64,000 nt of DNA, from contig NW_005201269.1 of NCBI RefSeq assembly GCF_000372725.1, forward strand, positions 62,001 to 126,000, given 5' to 3'. The translations under genes were made by a program, and so were the position numbers. Below, piece after piece: positions 23,101-35,100 of this stretch. The notes under the pieces are model-generated. The model worked only from the letters and a program-made list of their open reading frames with translations, was not told the DNA's origin and ran no database searches. The stretch's first letter is position 1, and every line of letters starts with the position of its first letter. This DNA is from Emiliania huxleyi CCMP1516 (Eukaryota).

Positions 23101-23774
23101 GCTGCCGCGCCCGAGGAAGCGCCGCCCGCCCCTACCCGGCCCTCCGCAGCCGCCTCCGCTGCCTCAGTCAAGATCTTGACGCACTCGGCGTGGCCCTTCT
23201 CCTTGGCAAGTTGCAGCGCCGTCTTGCCGCTCACAGTGCGCGCCGCCGCGTCTGCGCCCGCCCGCAGCAAGCGCCGCACGACGGCGGGGCAATTCCAGTA
23301 GGCGGCGGCCATCAGCGCGGTGCCGCCGCCGCTGTTCTGCAGGTCCTCAGCGCCGTGCCGAAGCAGCATGTCGACCACGCGCTCGTGGCCTTGGGTGGCG
23401 GCGAGCGTCAGCGCGGTGAGGCCGTCGCTGCTCTGCTGGTTCACTTTCGCGCCGCGCCGCAGCAGCAGCTCGACCACCCGCTCGTGGCCGTATTGGGCGG
23501 CGAACGTCAGCGCGGTGCCGCCGTTGCTAGTCTTCTTGTCGACCTCCGCGCCGTGCCGCATCAGCAGGTCGACCACCCGCTCGTGGCCTGCCTGGGCGGC
23601 GAACATCAGCAGCGTGAGGCCGCTCACCTTGCCTCTCTCGTACGTCGCGTCGACTCGCCCGCCGCCCTCGAGCCACGCCAGCACCGCCTTCTCCTCGCCA
23701 CGCTCAGCCGCTAGCACGGCCGCGTCGGTGCAGCTCACATCGTTGGTGCAGCTCATGGAATCTGCACGCGCCAT
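20142..23774 (-). CDS. Intronless 1210-aa protein: ankyrin x6, SH3-like barrel, ankyrin x7, coiled coil, IRAK/Pelle-type kinase, HEPN/DUF4145-like domain
   Basis: Ankyrin units G.TAL..AA..GHERVV.LL...GA. The barrel reads GQRVELSGLSSRPELNGQRG...GRYAV. Kinase motifs IGSGGFSRVY, VVKR, HPHLLPLLGYC, LTWRQRVRVA, HRDVKPDNILLD, LADTGFAK. C-terminal FEERINYW...LHSLRIWANAARH. Confidence 0.88.
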   Translation of the reverse strand: MARADSMSCTNDVSCTDAAVLAAERGEEKAVLAWLEGGGRVDATYERGKVSGLTLLMFAAQAGHERVVDLLMRHGAEVDKKTSNGGTALTFAAQYGHERVVELLLRRGAKVNQQSSDGLTALTLAATQGHERVVDMLLRHGAEDLQNSGGGTALMAAAYWNCPAVVRRLLRAGADAAARTVSGKTALQLAKEKGHAECVKILTEAAEAAAEGRVGAGGASSGAAAAAVDAPLLGQRVELSGLSSRPELNGQRGVARSFEGGRYAVALEGGGESVRVRPGNLSPAAAERASSGAAAFSDEVIAAAHRGDEAAVLEWLEGGGRADETYEVGEVSGLTLLTGAAFYGHERVVELLLRRGAEINLQDSDGGTALMGAAFQGHERVIDLLMRHGAEVNLQKSNGFTALMTAAQEGHERVVELLIRHGAEINLQDSNGRTALIDAILQGQERVVDLLLQHGGEVKAQDSHGSTALMAAAISGNPAVVRRLLRAGADTAARAENGKTALQLAKEKGHAECMRAIEEHAAAEAVAEKAAREAAWAAGAEAREAERAAAEATAARHAEALLAEEEAEKEERARESKKGKKKKKKSGSGEADNAAPGPSATAALAPPTPPPAPSPPPADAAAIAAADEALQQAVAAGSYVGLASALEACSGLASPAVLAAARRARDKLKESRKRESQRLRKAHGAAMGALKSLDTADSPSALRAGIAAARPHVGALPALAEEVSAAESKLETLSVASEPAAAEEAAVARPVEIALSDLTAATDGFAEGKLIGSGGFSRVYEASADLHLSLAAPPQLRHLPLVVKRAKSGQSGGLSRAELEVKLLKAVSHPHLLPLLGYCLSPDGVCLLSPLMRGGSLEARLRISDPDRAAQLRRLGMVEPPRPLTWRQRVRVACEATEALVYLHSKGIVHRDVKPDNILLDEKLTAVLADTGFAKDQRPDASVRCRSTAALYMTTGYLCPSIIKGGEYSSKTDGYAIGITLLVCLTSRSEVQLTDRCEDEFDELWTNIDASKVADAAAGWTAAAARAVKDLAKAGDGQKSLCHDSLRNRCTLPEALLALRALLSSAQGGAGMEEAAPAPGDAAAAAARTTGYEPSPLSVQVRGMRTGGDAQARIQGNMLLAFNTLMPRLDAAYASRSAAAPDGFEERINYWHRECGLPPELRRQLHSLRIWANAARHHDAARWRRDGPRSEGEASRLVAAVTEAIGALEG

Positions 23775-24140
23775 ATGTATCGTCTGGGTTGCGGCTCTAA
23801 TGGGGTAGGGGTACGCTGCAAAATACTCAACTATGGCAAATCCTCACGCGTCACGGCTCTTTGAGGGGTAGGGGCCCCGTGACTTCTCTCGGTAGGAGGG
23901 GTCTAGGTTACCTCTACCTCTGAGGGCCTGCGGCCCTCTTGCCTTTACCTCTGGGCAGCCATGGGCCCCTTACCTCTACCTCTGAGCGACGGTGCCGTGA
24001 TTTACCTGTGCGTGATCTCGCCTCGAGGATCTCGCGCGAGAGGCGAGTGATCTCTCGACACTCGAGTGATCTCGAGATGTTGAGATCTCGTACCTTTTTT
24101 TATTTCGCAGCCTCTGATGCTAGAATGAAACAAGCAAGCA

Positions 24141-24145
24141 GACAC

Positions 24146-24192
<47 letters not shown>

Positions 24193-24203
24193 CACACACA
24201 CAC
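24141..24203 (+). repeat. (CA)n microsatellite inside a short dispersed repeat also present at ~45205-45370
   Basis: The flanks atgaaacaa and tctcgggcccacagacatccc recur at 45218-45272 without the CA run. Confidence 0.75.
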
Positions 24204-24484
24204 ATCTTTCTCTCGGGCCCACAGACATCCCACGGTCACGACAGCTGAGTACTCCATGTCATGCACCATGTTGCATGTGCGAGAACGCAGACAGACGGCA
24301 GAGTCCACAGAGAAACGACTTTGGGGTGGTTGGTTCCTTCCTCCACCGCACTACGTCTCTCGCCTCACGTGGCTCGTGGGTGTCTCGATGGCGGACAGCG
24401 AAATTCCAGTCAGCAGTCTGAGTCAAACAAGTGGAGGACGTGTGACACGTATAACATGCGTGCACGAGCACACATGTGCAGCTG

Positions 24485-24920
24485 TCACCCCATCACCACA
24501 CCCCCTCGGCGGCGCAGGGCAAACTCGATGCAAGTGCCGTCCGAGTGCTGAATGTTGGGCTCGCGGTAGTAGATGCCATGCGTCTTGTTGATGGCGCGCA
24601 TGAGCTTCTCGACCGCGGCCTCGGGAGCATCGGTCGAAGGCAGGTAGTCTCTCGAGCCGTGCAGCTCCAGCAGCACCTGCATCCAAGAGGGCGGGAGGCG
24701 TGCCCGAGGAGCGAGGTCCGAGGTGTGGCCCCCAGCGAGGGGTTGCCGCTGAGGGGGAGGTGTGCAGCCGAGAAGATCTTGTGCGGAGAGGACTTACTTG
24801 CAGCCGCGGCTCCTGCTCGGGGCGCAGCTGGTGGACGAGGGGCTCGAGGACTCGCACCCCTCGCAGTCGCTCTTGAGGATGTCCACTCTCCGGCCGCGGT
24901 AGGTGAGCCAGTCAGGCATG
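24485..24920 (-). CDS. C-terminal part of an FkbM/Methyltransf_22 (METTL24-like) methyltransferase; fragment or pseudogene
   Basis: GRRVDILKSDCEGCE and, in a downstream exon, QVLLELH...IYYREPNIQHSDGTCIEFALRR. Confidence 0.6.
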
Positions 24921-25349
24921 GGCCATGGCTCTACCCGCAACTCTCTCGCTGACACGCGCACCCCGTCGACCTTACGATGCGCGCTGCGGTCGCATGCCTC
25001 CCAAGTCATACGCCACGGCGTGCGATCTAGATTCAGCACACGCGCTTCTGCTCGCATACACTCATACAATGAATTGACATCTCTCATGAGTGCGAGATAG
25101 GGCTAGCAGTAGGCAGCTAGCCTGTGAGGAGGGCGTCCATAAACACCTCACAAGACCCCCCACACGGTCTCGTCCATGCCTTGCGGCTGGCGGCGAGATT
25201 GCTAGAGGCGGAGCCAGCCTGCTCTAGCCTCACATGTTACTTCCTGTCGTCTGTTGTGTTGTTGTGCCCTTGTTTGTTCCTTTGGCAGATGGCACCTTGG
25301 AGTGCTGGGGGGGGCGACAGCTCGGAGAGGAACTTGTGGAGGAGCGCAG

Positions 25350-26126
25350 TAAGCTGTGTGGGGTTGAGCCGCTCGCGTCCTCAAGCCAATCGTTGGCCCG
25401 GGTAAGGCGGAGGAAACGCCGCCTGAATTCGGAGTGGACCCGTCCACTCTGAGTGCCAAAATTGGCGGCAAGAAAAGGCTTGACGCCGACGGTCTCGAGG
25501 ACGAGCTTCTGAAGCTTCGGCCGGACTCCAGCAATGGTGGAGCGGATGGCGGCCAAAAGGGCAATGGAAGTGCCACCAGCGCCACTGATCTTGGCGGCCT
25601 TCTCGCGGTAGACGGCAAAGAAGGGCCTGAGAATCGCCTCGGCGAAGAGGGTGTCGACCCGCTTGTGGCTTGAGGACGCGTTGGGAGACAACGATCTCGG
25701 CCACAATAGCAGACTGTTTCTCACTGACCGACTTGTGGACAGCTACGACCTGCGCAAAGTCGTCGGCGGTGGGGGTGACTGACTGTCGTTGGCGACGAAC
25801 TCGAGCAAGTCGGAAAAGTCACGCGGCTTGAGCTGCTTCAGCTCGTGGCGCGCGCAGCGCACCGCATCGGGGATGGTGCAGCAAACGGTGGGCGCAATGT
25901 TATCCATGTAGACAGCGCCATTCGTGATGAAGAAGAAGCCGATGCCGTCGGTGTCTTGCAGTCGGCTCCATTCGAGGAGAGTGGCTAGGTTCGCCGCGAG
26001 CCCGTCGAGGGCGGTGGCCGGAACGAACTTGCACTCCGTCATCATTGCATCAGCACTCTGTTTAGCGCCTTGCAGGAGATCCCGAGTTTGGGAATGCTCC
26101 AAGTTTTTGGTGGGCGTGTCAGGCAT
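25350..26126 (-). pseudogene. Degenerate ORF, possibly retrotransposon gag-like
   Basis: Two consecutive coding-like ORFs (MPDTPTKNL...; ...SIALLAAIRSTIAG...HSEFRRRFLRLTRANDWL) separated by a stop. No diagnostic motif. Confidence 0.2.
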
Positions 26127-26388
26127 GGCCTGAGCAGGGATAGCGTGTCGGGCTTCACAAAAGGGCTGACGCGACCAGTCAAGCCGCTGCCACGTGCAAG
26201 CCCCACCCGGCTGGCGGGTGGACCTGGGGGCGTGCCGCCCTGCTTGCTCTAGGTGAAACGTCTAAAGGACGAAGATGCACGGAGGTGCGACCAACTCAGC
26301 ACGACGGGCGGAGATGCCAGGCACTAGACCAGCCAGGAAGGACTGAGAGTGTGAATGGAGGGACACGTCTCACGCGTGGCTCAGACGG

Positions 26389-26498
26389 CCACCACACAGG
26401 GATTTTAAGGAGAGGGGTGTGGTGCGCTAGCCGTCGCCCACCCTTGGGCGTCCGCCTCTTCCTATCTCTCTTCGCACTCTCTCGCCGATTCTCGCTGC
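26389..26498 (+). repeat. Dispersed ~110-bp repeat family E
   Basis: ccaccacacagggattttaaggagagg...ctctcgccgattctcgctgc is repeated at 55940-56049. Confidence 0.9.
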
Positions 26499-26746
26499 CG
26501 CCCTATTCCCATATCGGCCGGCCCCCTTTTTTATCCAAGCCGCCGAGACTCGGGCGGCGGCCGCTTCCCGAGCACGCTCAACAAGCGCGGCGGCTCCCCA
26601 GCTCAGGCGCGCGTCTAGCTCCGCAGCGCCGACACGCAACAAGTCGCCAAGCCGCGATCAGCCCCAGCGGCTGCTCAGCCTGGGGCTCACCGACGGCTGC
26701 GACCGCCGACCACCCTCCCCTCGCAGGCACCGCACCGACCGCAGCG

Positions 26747-29074
26747 ATGCCCGACGAGAATGTGACCGAGGGACTGTCCGGATCCAAGGATGGCGAGGCG
26801 GCGCGGCAAAAGATGCAGATCAAATCCTTCACCGCGTGGGTCAACCTGCACCTCAAGCAGGCGGGCATGGCCGTCGAGAACCTCAAGACAGACTTTGGCG
26901 ACGGGATCAAGCTGCTGCGCCTCGTCGAGATCATCTCCGAGGAGGAGCTCGGCAAGTACAACCAGAACCCGGTGTCCAAGTTCCAAAAGGTGGAGAACCT
27001 CAACATCCCTCTCAAGTGCGGCCGCGCCCCTCCCTCTCCTCCGCCCTCCACCTCCGCCGTCAGCCCAAATCCTCTTCCGCCGAGCGCACAACGTCTCCGC
27101 ATGCCGCACCGAGCGGCATGCAGCAGTCCGGTGCAGCGGCCGACGGCGATCCTGGCGTGGCAGCTTCCCCCGTCGCCTTCCCCTCCCGCCCTCCTCCCCC
27201 GAGAGCGGGCAGCAGTGGGAATCAGCCACCGCCGGCTGGAGCTCCTCCTTGCTCCAACACCATCTCCCTTGCCATCTCAGCCCGCCGACCCTCCTGCCTC
27301 CTCCCATTGCCGCCGCCGCCCTCGCCGCTGCCGCCCTCCGCGTCGCCCGTTTGCTACCGCCCACCACCTCGCTCTCCTTGCCGCCGCCCCCAGCACCGCC
27401 GCTCTGCCCGGGAGAATCCGAAAGAAAAGAAATGCCAACACTCCTTTCTTTCGCTGCCCGGCCGCCGGCCGCCAGCAGCAGCCACCCCCGGCTCTGTCAC
27501 CCGAGAGAGAGACCTGTCGAGATGAGACATTAAGCGCGCCCCGGCCGCGCAGGTACATCAACTCCTTCCTCAAGGAGATTGGCATCCGCAACACCTACTC
27601 CGCCGAGAACATCATCGATGAGGTCGAAGCCACCGCACACGCACACACACGCACACGCACGCACGCACGCACGCACGCACACCACTCACCTCTCCGCCGC
27701 CGCCTCTCCTCCGCGTCCCGCCGCCTCTCTGCCTCCGCCCTCGCCACCACGGGTGGAGGCCCGCACACCCACCGCCGCCCCTCAGTCACGCCTGCGGTCT
27801 GCACGACAGAGGCTTGCTCCACACACGACGAGGGCGGAGCGTTGCAGCCTGCTGCATGCCGCCGCACCCCGCCCCTCTCACGCCGCCGCATCCCCTGGCG
27901 CTCAATCCGCCGCGCGCGGGGTCCGGAGTGTTTGCGGGGTACGGTGCCTGCCTGCCGCGTGGCCCACCCCCCCTCGCCGGGTCTCAGTCGAGAAAAGTAT
28001 CCCCCAACTGCGCCTAGGCCGGCGCGGGGGCCACACAAGCGGGTGCCTGACGTGTCGCTCTACAGCCCAACATGNNNNNNNNNNNNNNNNNNNNNNNNNN
28101 NNNNNNNNNNNNNNNNNNNNNNNNNNNNNNNNNNNNNNNNNNNNNNNNNNNNNNNNNNNNNNNNNNNNNNNNNNCCCCCCCCCCCCCCCCCCCCCCGACC
28201 ACGCGTCGCCCTCCAGCGACCCGACTCACCGGCGAGCCTTCCGATCGCTCTCCCAGGCCTACCGCCCCGACTTGGTGCAGTACCAAAAGCTGAACAAGTC
28301 CGCCAAGGTGGGACAGCCCCCCGCGACACTCCCTCCGCCACACTCCCTCCGCCACACCCCCTCCGCGACACAGCCTCCGCCACACCCCCTCCGCCACACC
28401 CCCTCCGCCACACCCCCCTGCCGCTGGTGCGAGCGGCGACGCCGTGAGGACGGGAGTGGCTCGCCGTTGGAAGGTTGACAACCTCAACCACGCCTTCGAC
28501 CTTGCAAACGACAAGCTCGAGATCCCGAAGCTGCTCGACGCCACCGACATGGCACGCCGTTGCGGCCGGGCGGCCAAGCCCTGCCCTTCTTGCACTCAGT
28601 TCGGACCACTCTTGGGTAGGTGTCGATGCGGCCGGACGAGAAGTCGGTCATGACGTACGTGTCCTTCTTCTGGAAGGTTCCGAGACACTTCCTAGCCTCC
28701 TCCTGGACACTCCCCAGAAGTCGGTCATGACGTACGTGTCCTTCTTCTGGAAGGTCACTTCCGAGACACTTCCTAGCCTCCTCCTGGACACTCCCCAGAC
28801 ACGCCCTAGTCGGTCATGACGTACGTGTCCTTCTTCTGGAAGGTCACTTCCGAGACACTTCCTAGCCTCCTCCTGGACACTCCCCAGACACGTCCTAGCC
28901 GGTCATGACGTACGTCCCGATCTTCCGGAAGGTCTTCGCGGCAAACAAGCGCAAGAAGATCGCCGCCGAGCGGATCACGAACGTGCTGCAGCGCGAGCTG
29001 GCGTACCGAGACTTGATGGAGCAGTACAAGCTCAACGGCGAGCAGCTCGGCAGGTGCTCTCTCTCCCTCCCCCC

Positions 29075-29109
<35 letters not shown>

Positions 29110-32100
29110 ACACCGCTCACCCACGCGCACCGGGCCTTGCACTTTGCATGCCGTGCCAGCTCCTGTCGTCTTAGACGCGGAGTCGCGAGGGACCAGCCTG
29201 GCCCTTGCCCCTCCACCGCGCTGTGCGCGTGTGGAGAGGAGAGTCCCTTCCCCGCACCGGCGGCAGGTGGATCAAGCTCAAGACGGACTTCTTCCAGGCG
29301 GAGCCAAACTGCAACTCGCAGGCGGAGCTGCTCATTAATTATTAATAAATAAATAAATAAAACGGACTATGAATGATTAACAGTAGTTATTAATTATTAA
29401 TTAACTGCAACTCGCAGGCGGAGCTCGAGGTCGAGATGAAGAAGCACGTCATGGAGTACGGCCGCGGCGAGACGCCGACCACGCTGGCCGGCGGTGCGCT
29501 CATCTTCCTCTCGGACGCGTGTTTTCTGTTTTCTCACAGGCGAGAAGCCGACCAAGCTCAACGAGCTCAACGACCTCGAGGCGCTGCACTCGTCGATCAC
29601 CTCCCGCCTCGCCTCGCTCGGACGCACCTTCATCCCCACCGAGGACACCTCGCTCAAGGTTCTCTCCCCCCACACCACCCCACCCCCACCGCCGCCGGCG
29701 GGGCCAGCAGCAGCCTCGGCCAATCTCGGGTGATCTCGGGTGATCTCGTGCGATCTCGTCCCTCAGGTCCTCAACCGGTGGTGGGAGGAGCTCACCTACG
29801 CCGAGCAGGCATGCGATCTCCCCATATCTCCCCATATCTCCCCAGATCTCCCCATATCTCCCCTACGCCGAGCAGGCATGCGATCTCCCCATATCTCCCC
29901 ATATCTCCCCATAGCTCACCTACGCCGAGCAGGCATGCGATCTCCCCATATCTCCCCATATCTCCCCATATCTCCCCTACGCCGAGCAGGCATGCGAGAG
30001 CCGGGGAGCGGAAGACGCGCCCTTGCCTCCCAACTCGCGACTCGAGAGGACACGTCTTCAGCCGTCTCCGGCCGCATTCCACCGTGTTCGCTGTCTCCGC
30101 ACCCCCTCGTCCTCCCGCGGTGCTATGAATACGCTGCGCAAGACCGTCTCCCCCGCCCCTCATGTCGGCGTGCTCTCACCGCGCGCAGGCCTACGAGGCG
30201 AACTTGCGCCTGAAGCTCAAGAACCTCAAGCGGGTCGCCCGGCCGCGACTCTGGCATGCCGCTTCTCGGACCTCTCCTAGACCCTTCCTGGCCCCTTCCT
30301 GCAGGTGGAGTACTATATCAAGCTCCACCACTTCTCGGACCTTTCCTAGACCCTTCCTGGCTCCTTCCTGTAGGTGGAGTACTATATCAAGCTGCACCAC
30401 TCCAAGGCCTCAAAGCTCGAGGACTGGCTCCGGGTACTCTAGAAGCGGAAGACGCATCGTCTTGTACCCCAGCCAGCGCTCGAGAGGACGCGCACCCCGC
30501 CGTCTTGAGACTCACTGTCCTCGTCGCCGCTGTACTCACGCGGTGCTCGGAAGACACGCCAGTCCGCCGCCTCGTACGCCACGTCTCCGCTCGAGGCCGT
30601 CCTCCCCGCCCTCATGTCGGCGTACTCACCCGCGCAGGCTCGGAGACAAAGAGCGATGGCTCGGCAAGCCGGCCGACGCCGCCGCCAACGGCGCCGCCGC
30701 CGCGCCGCCGGCCGACGCCGACGAGACGCCGCCGGCGGGGCCGGTGCCACGCAAGAGCAGTTTCGTCGGCATGCTTAAGAGCACCGGATCGTCGTTCGGC
30801 AACCCTACCCCCCCCCTCGCTACTGAAGAACGTTACAGTTCCACTGAAGTGAAATGGATTACTAATCGGGAGTCACAGTTCCGGGACGATGCCTCGCAGA
30901 AGATTTAATAGGAACATCACAGGAGAGACGCAACCGCGTTTTTCGATAGGGATCGGGTCCATGACAAGAATCATGANNNNNNNNNNNNNNNNNNNNNNNN
31001 NNNNNNNNNNNNNNNNNNNNNNNNNNNNNNNNNNNNNNNNNNNNNNNNNNNNNNNNNNNNNNNNNNNNNNNNNNNNTATCTCGAGGACCTGCGGCTGCAA
31101 GTCGACAAGCATCTCCCCCTATCTCCCCCTATCTCCCCCTATCTCCCCTGATCTCCCCCTATCTCCCCCTATCTCCCCCTATCTCCCCCATATCTCGAGG
31201 ACCTGCGGCTGCCAGTCGACAAGCCATGTCGACCAAGCTCCCCCTATCTCCCCCTATCTCCCCCTATCTCCCCCTATCTCCCCCTATCTCCCCCTATCTC
31301 CCCCTATCTCCCCCTATCTCCCCCATATCCGCCGACGGGTTGAGGGGGGCGAGCGGACGGCGGACTAGGGGAGTACACCTCTTCCATGAGTGAGTGGTAG
31401 GTCGCCTCGCCGCCGACGCCGAAGGGGCAGCGCGCCTCGAAGGGCGTCAAGGTGCCGAGAGAGGGGGAGGGGTGGCCGAGAGAGGGGGAGAGAGGGGGGG
31501 GAGAGCGCGCCTCGAAGGGCGTCAAGGTGCCGCTGCACGCGAGGGCCCTCCCTTCCCTTCCCCTCTCGCACAGACCCGTCCTCTCACAATGACTGATGCA
31601 TCCATTGACCGCCCTGCCTGCTCTTCCGGCAAGGTGGTGCCGCTGCACGACGGCCCGAGCGAGTCGGTCGCCGACGTGCAGGTACTCTCGGGGAATCTCG
31701 GGGAATCTCGGGGAATCTCGGGGAATCTCGGGGAATCTCGGGGAATCTCGGGGAATCTCGGGGAATCTCGGGGAATCTCGGGGAATCTCGGGTGTTGAGC
31801 GAGTCGGACGCCGACGTGCAGCCGGCGCTCCACATGCTGCTAGACCTCCCCCTATCTCGGCTCGATCTCCCCCATGCTCCACATGCTGCTAGACCTCCCC
31901 CTATCTCGGCTCGATCTCCCCCATGCTCCACATGCTGCTAGACCTCCCCCTATCTCGGCTCGATCTCCCCCATCTCTCGCGCAGGCCAAGCTCAACATGC
32001 TAACGGCGCACAATGAGGAGCTGAGTGGGAGGCACGCACCGCCTAGACGCGGAAGATCTCCCCCTCTCTCCCCCCCGTCTCTCCCCTCACCTGGCAGCAC

Positions 32101-35100
32101 GGCGCCTAGACGCGGAAGATCTCCCCCTCTCTCTCCCCCTGTATCTCCCCGCACCTGGCAGCACGGCGCCTAGACGCGGAAGATCTCCCCCTCTCTCCCC
32201 CCCGTCTCTCCCCGCACCTGGCAGCACGGCGCCTAGACGCGGAAGATCTCCCCCTCTCTCCCCCCCGTCTCTCCCCGCACCTGGCAGCACGGCGCCTAGA
32301 CGCGGAAGATCTCCCCCTCTCTCTCCCCCCGTCTCTCCCCGCACCTGGCAGCACGGCGCCTAGACGCGGAAGATCTCCCCCTCTCTCCCCCCCCGTCTCT
32401 CCCCGCACCTGGCAGCACGGCGCCTAGACGCGGAAGATCTCCCCCTCTCTCCCCCCCGTCTCTCCCCGCACCTGGCAGCACGGCGCCTAGACGCGGAAGA
32501 TCTCCCCCTCTCTCTCCCCCCGTCTCTCCCCGCACCTGGCAGCACGGCGCCTAGACGCGGAAGATCTCCCCCTCTCTCCCCCCCGTCTCTCCCCGCACCT
32601 GGCAGCACGGCGCCTAGACGCGGAAGATCTCCCCCTCCCTCTCCCCCCGTATCTCCCCGTATCTCGGGCCCAGCGGCTAGAGACGCCGTCTGGTCTCCAA
32701 GCCCGCCCTCGAGAGAGACACGCACGCAAACTGTACTCGACCGTACTTACTCCGCTGCAGTGTTCGCACCCCCCGTTAGCCACGCGCCGCTCTGAGGACA
32801 CGCCGCACAACACCGCACACCCCCCGCCCTGAGGCTGGCGTACCCACCTCGCAGGCTGCCCCTCTCTCCCCATCTCTCCCCATATCTCCGCATATCTCCC
32901 GCCCTGAGGCTGGCGTACCCACCTCGCAGGCTGCCCATCTCTCCCCATCTCTCCCCATATCTCCGCATATCTCCCGCCCTGAGGCTGGCGTACCCACCTC
33001 GCAGGCTGCCCATCTCTCCCCATCTCTCCCCATCTCTCCCCATCTCTCCCCACCTCTCCCCACCTCTCCCCATCTCTCCCCACCTCTCTCCCCATCTCTC
33101 CCCATCTCTCCCCATCTCTCCCCACCTCTCCCCACCTCTCCCCATCTCACCCCATCTCTCCCCATCTCACCCCATCTCTCCCCACCTCTCCCCATCCCCA
33201 CCTCTCCCCATCTCTCGCAGGCAAGCGACCGTGCCGGAGCTCGACAAGCTGCTCGCAAAGATCGGCGAGCTCGGCTGCCCCCCGATGCGCCAGTTCTCGC
33301 TGACGAACCGCACGTCCGTCATCAAGGAGCGCGTGTCTCCCCCCATCTCTCCCCCCCCCCCCCCCCCCCTCCCTTTCCGGCGGCGGCGTGCCGCTCAGGA
33401 CGAGGACTCTCCCCATCTCTCCCCACATCTCCCCATATCTCCCCACATCTCCCCATATCTCCCCACATCTCCCCATCTCAGGAGGGCCCGCAGACCGAGT
33501 TCATCTCTCCCCATCCCTCCCCATCTCTCCCCGCATCAGGACATGACTCTCATCCTCGGGATGGTCTGGTCCCTCATCCTTCGCTACAACGTCGCCGACA
33601 TCTCGGAGGGCGACAAGACGGCCAAGGAAGGACTCCTGCTCTGGGCAAAGACCAAGGCGGCCGACCGCAGCGCCGTCTAGACGGCCCCGTCGGGGGGGGG
33701 GGGAGAGGCGGCGTCTCTTCACGGCGGGGTGGGTGTGAACAGGTGGAGGAGGTGTCCAAGGGCGAGGTCAAGGTCTGCCCCCCCCCCACCCCCTTCCCAG
33801 GTGGCCGAGATCGACGGCTACCGCGAGTCGCTCGAGGCGCTGCAGTGCGACCTCGACGCCATCGCAGCCTACGCCGAGGAGATGGGGTCGATGCGGATCA
33901 GCCGCAACCCGTACTCGCGCTTCGGCATGCCGGACCTCCTCGCGCACATGAGCCGGTGCGAGGCGGCGCTCGAGGCGAGGCAGGTGTCGGTGCAGGAGGC
34001 GCTCGCGCACCAGCAGCAGATCGACGCGACCAAAAAGGCGTTCGCGGCGGCGGCGGACGCGATCCTCGAGTTCGTCAAGGCGGAGCGCGCACAGCTGGAC
34101 GAGGTCGCGCCGCCCGGGCTGGTCATCCAGCCCGACGACACGGCGGCGATCGAGAAGGGCAAGGCGATGGGGAGTGCGCTGGACGCGCTGATGGCGCCGG
34201 ACGCCAAGGAGGGGCGCGACGCGAAGCTGCTGCCGGCGCAGGAGCTGTCCGACAAGCTGATGGAGGCCGCGGAGCTGGACAACCCGTACACGGCGCAGAC
34301 GATCATGACGCTCAAGACGCAGATCGACCTCCTCGACAAGGTGCTGTGAATAGAAGAGCTGTGAATAGAACAGCTGTGAATAGAACAGATCGACCTCCTC
34401 GACAAGGTGCGGAGATATGGGGAGATATGGGGAGATATGGGGAGATATGGGCAGATCGACCTCCTCGACAAGGTGCGCCGTCGCGGCAGCCGGTAGTACG
34501 GCGCCTGTTCACAGCTGGAGGTGTGAAGAGGCGCCGTCGCGGCAGCCGGTAGTACGGCGCCTGTTCACAGCTGGAGGTGTGAAGAGGCGCCGTCGCGGCA
34601 GCCGGTAGTACGGCGCCTGTTCACAGCTGGATGTGTGAAGAGACGCTGTTCACAGCAGCCGGTCCTCGACGCGTCGAGGGGCAGCTCCTCCATGGGGAGA
34701 TATGGGGAGATATGGGGAGATACGAGGAGATATGGGCAGCTCCTCCATGAGGGGGGCCCTTCCGAGCCCGTCAGGCGCCCCTTGTCAGGTGCTGCGCGAC
34801 AAGCGGTCCTTTGTCGAGGGGCAGCTCGCGCGCGCTCAGGCGGGAGATAGAGGGAGATAGGGGGAGATAGGGGGAGATAGCGGTCCTTCGTCGAGGGGCA
34901 GCTCGCGCGCGCTCAGGCGGAGACACTTCCTAGACACTTCCTAGACACTTCCTAGACACTTCCTTCGTCGAGGGGCAGCTCGCGCGCGCTCAGGCGGAGA
35001 CACTTCCTAGACACTTCCTAGACACTTCCTAGACACTTCCTTCGTCGAGGGGCAGCTCGCGCGCGCTCAGGCGGAGATAGAGGGAGATAGGGGGAGATAG

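Noticed and set aside
20241..23808. Long plus-strand ORFs opposite the ankyrin-kinase gene
   Set aside because: Antisense shadows caused by high GC3, with no motifs. The same applies to ORFs opposite the RCC1 and HYDIN genes.
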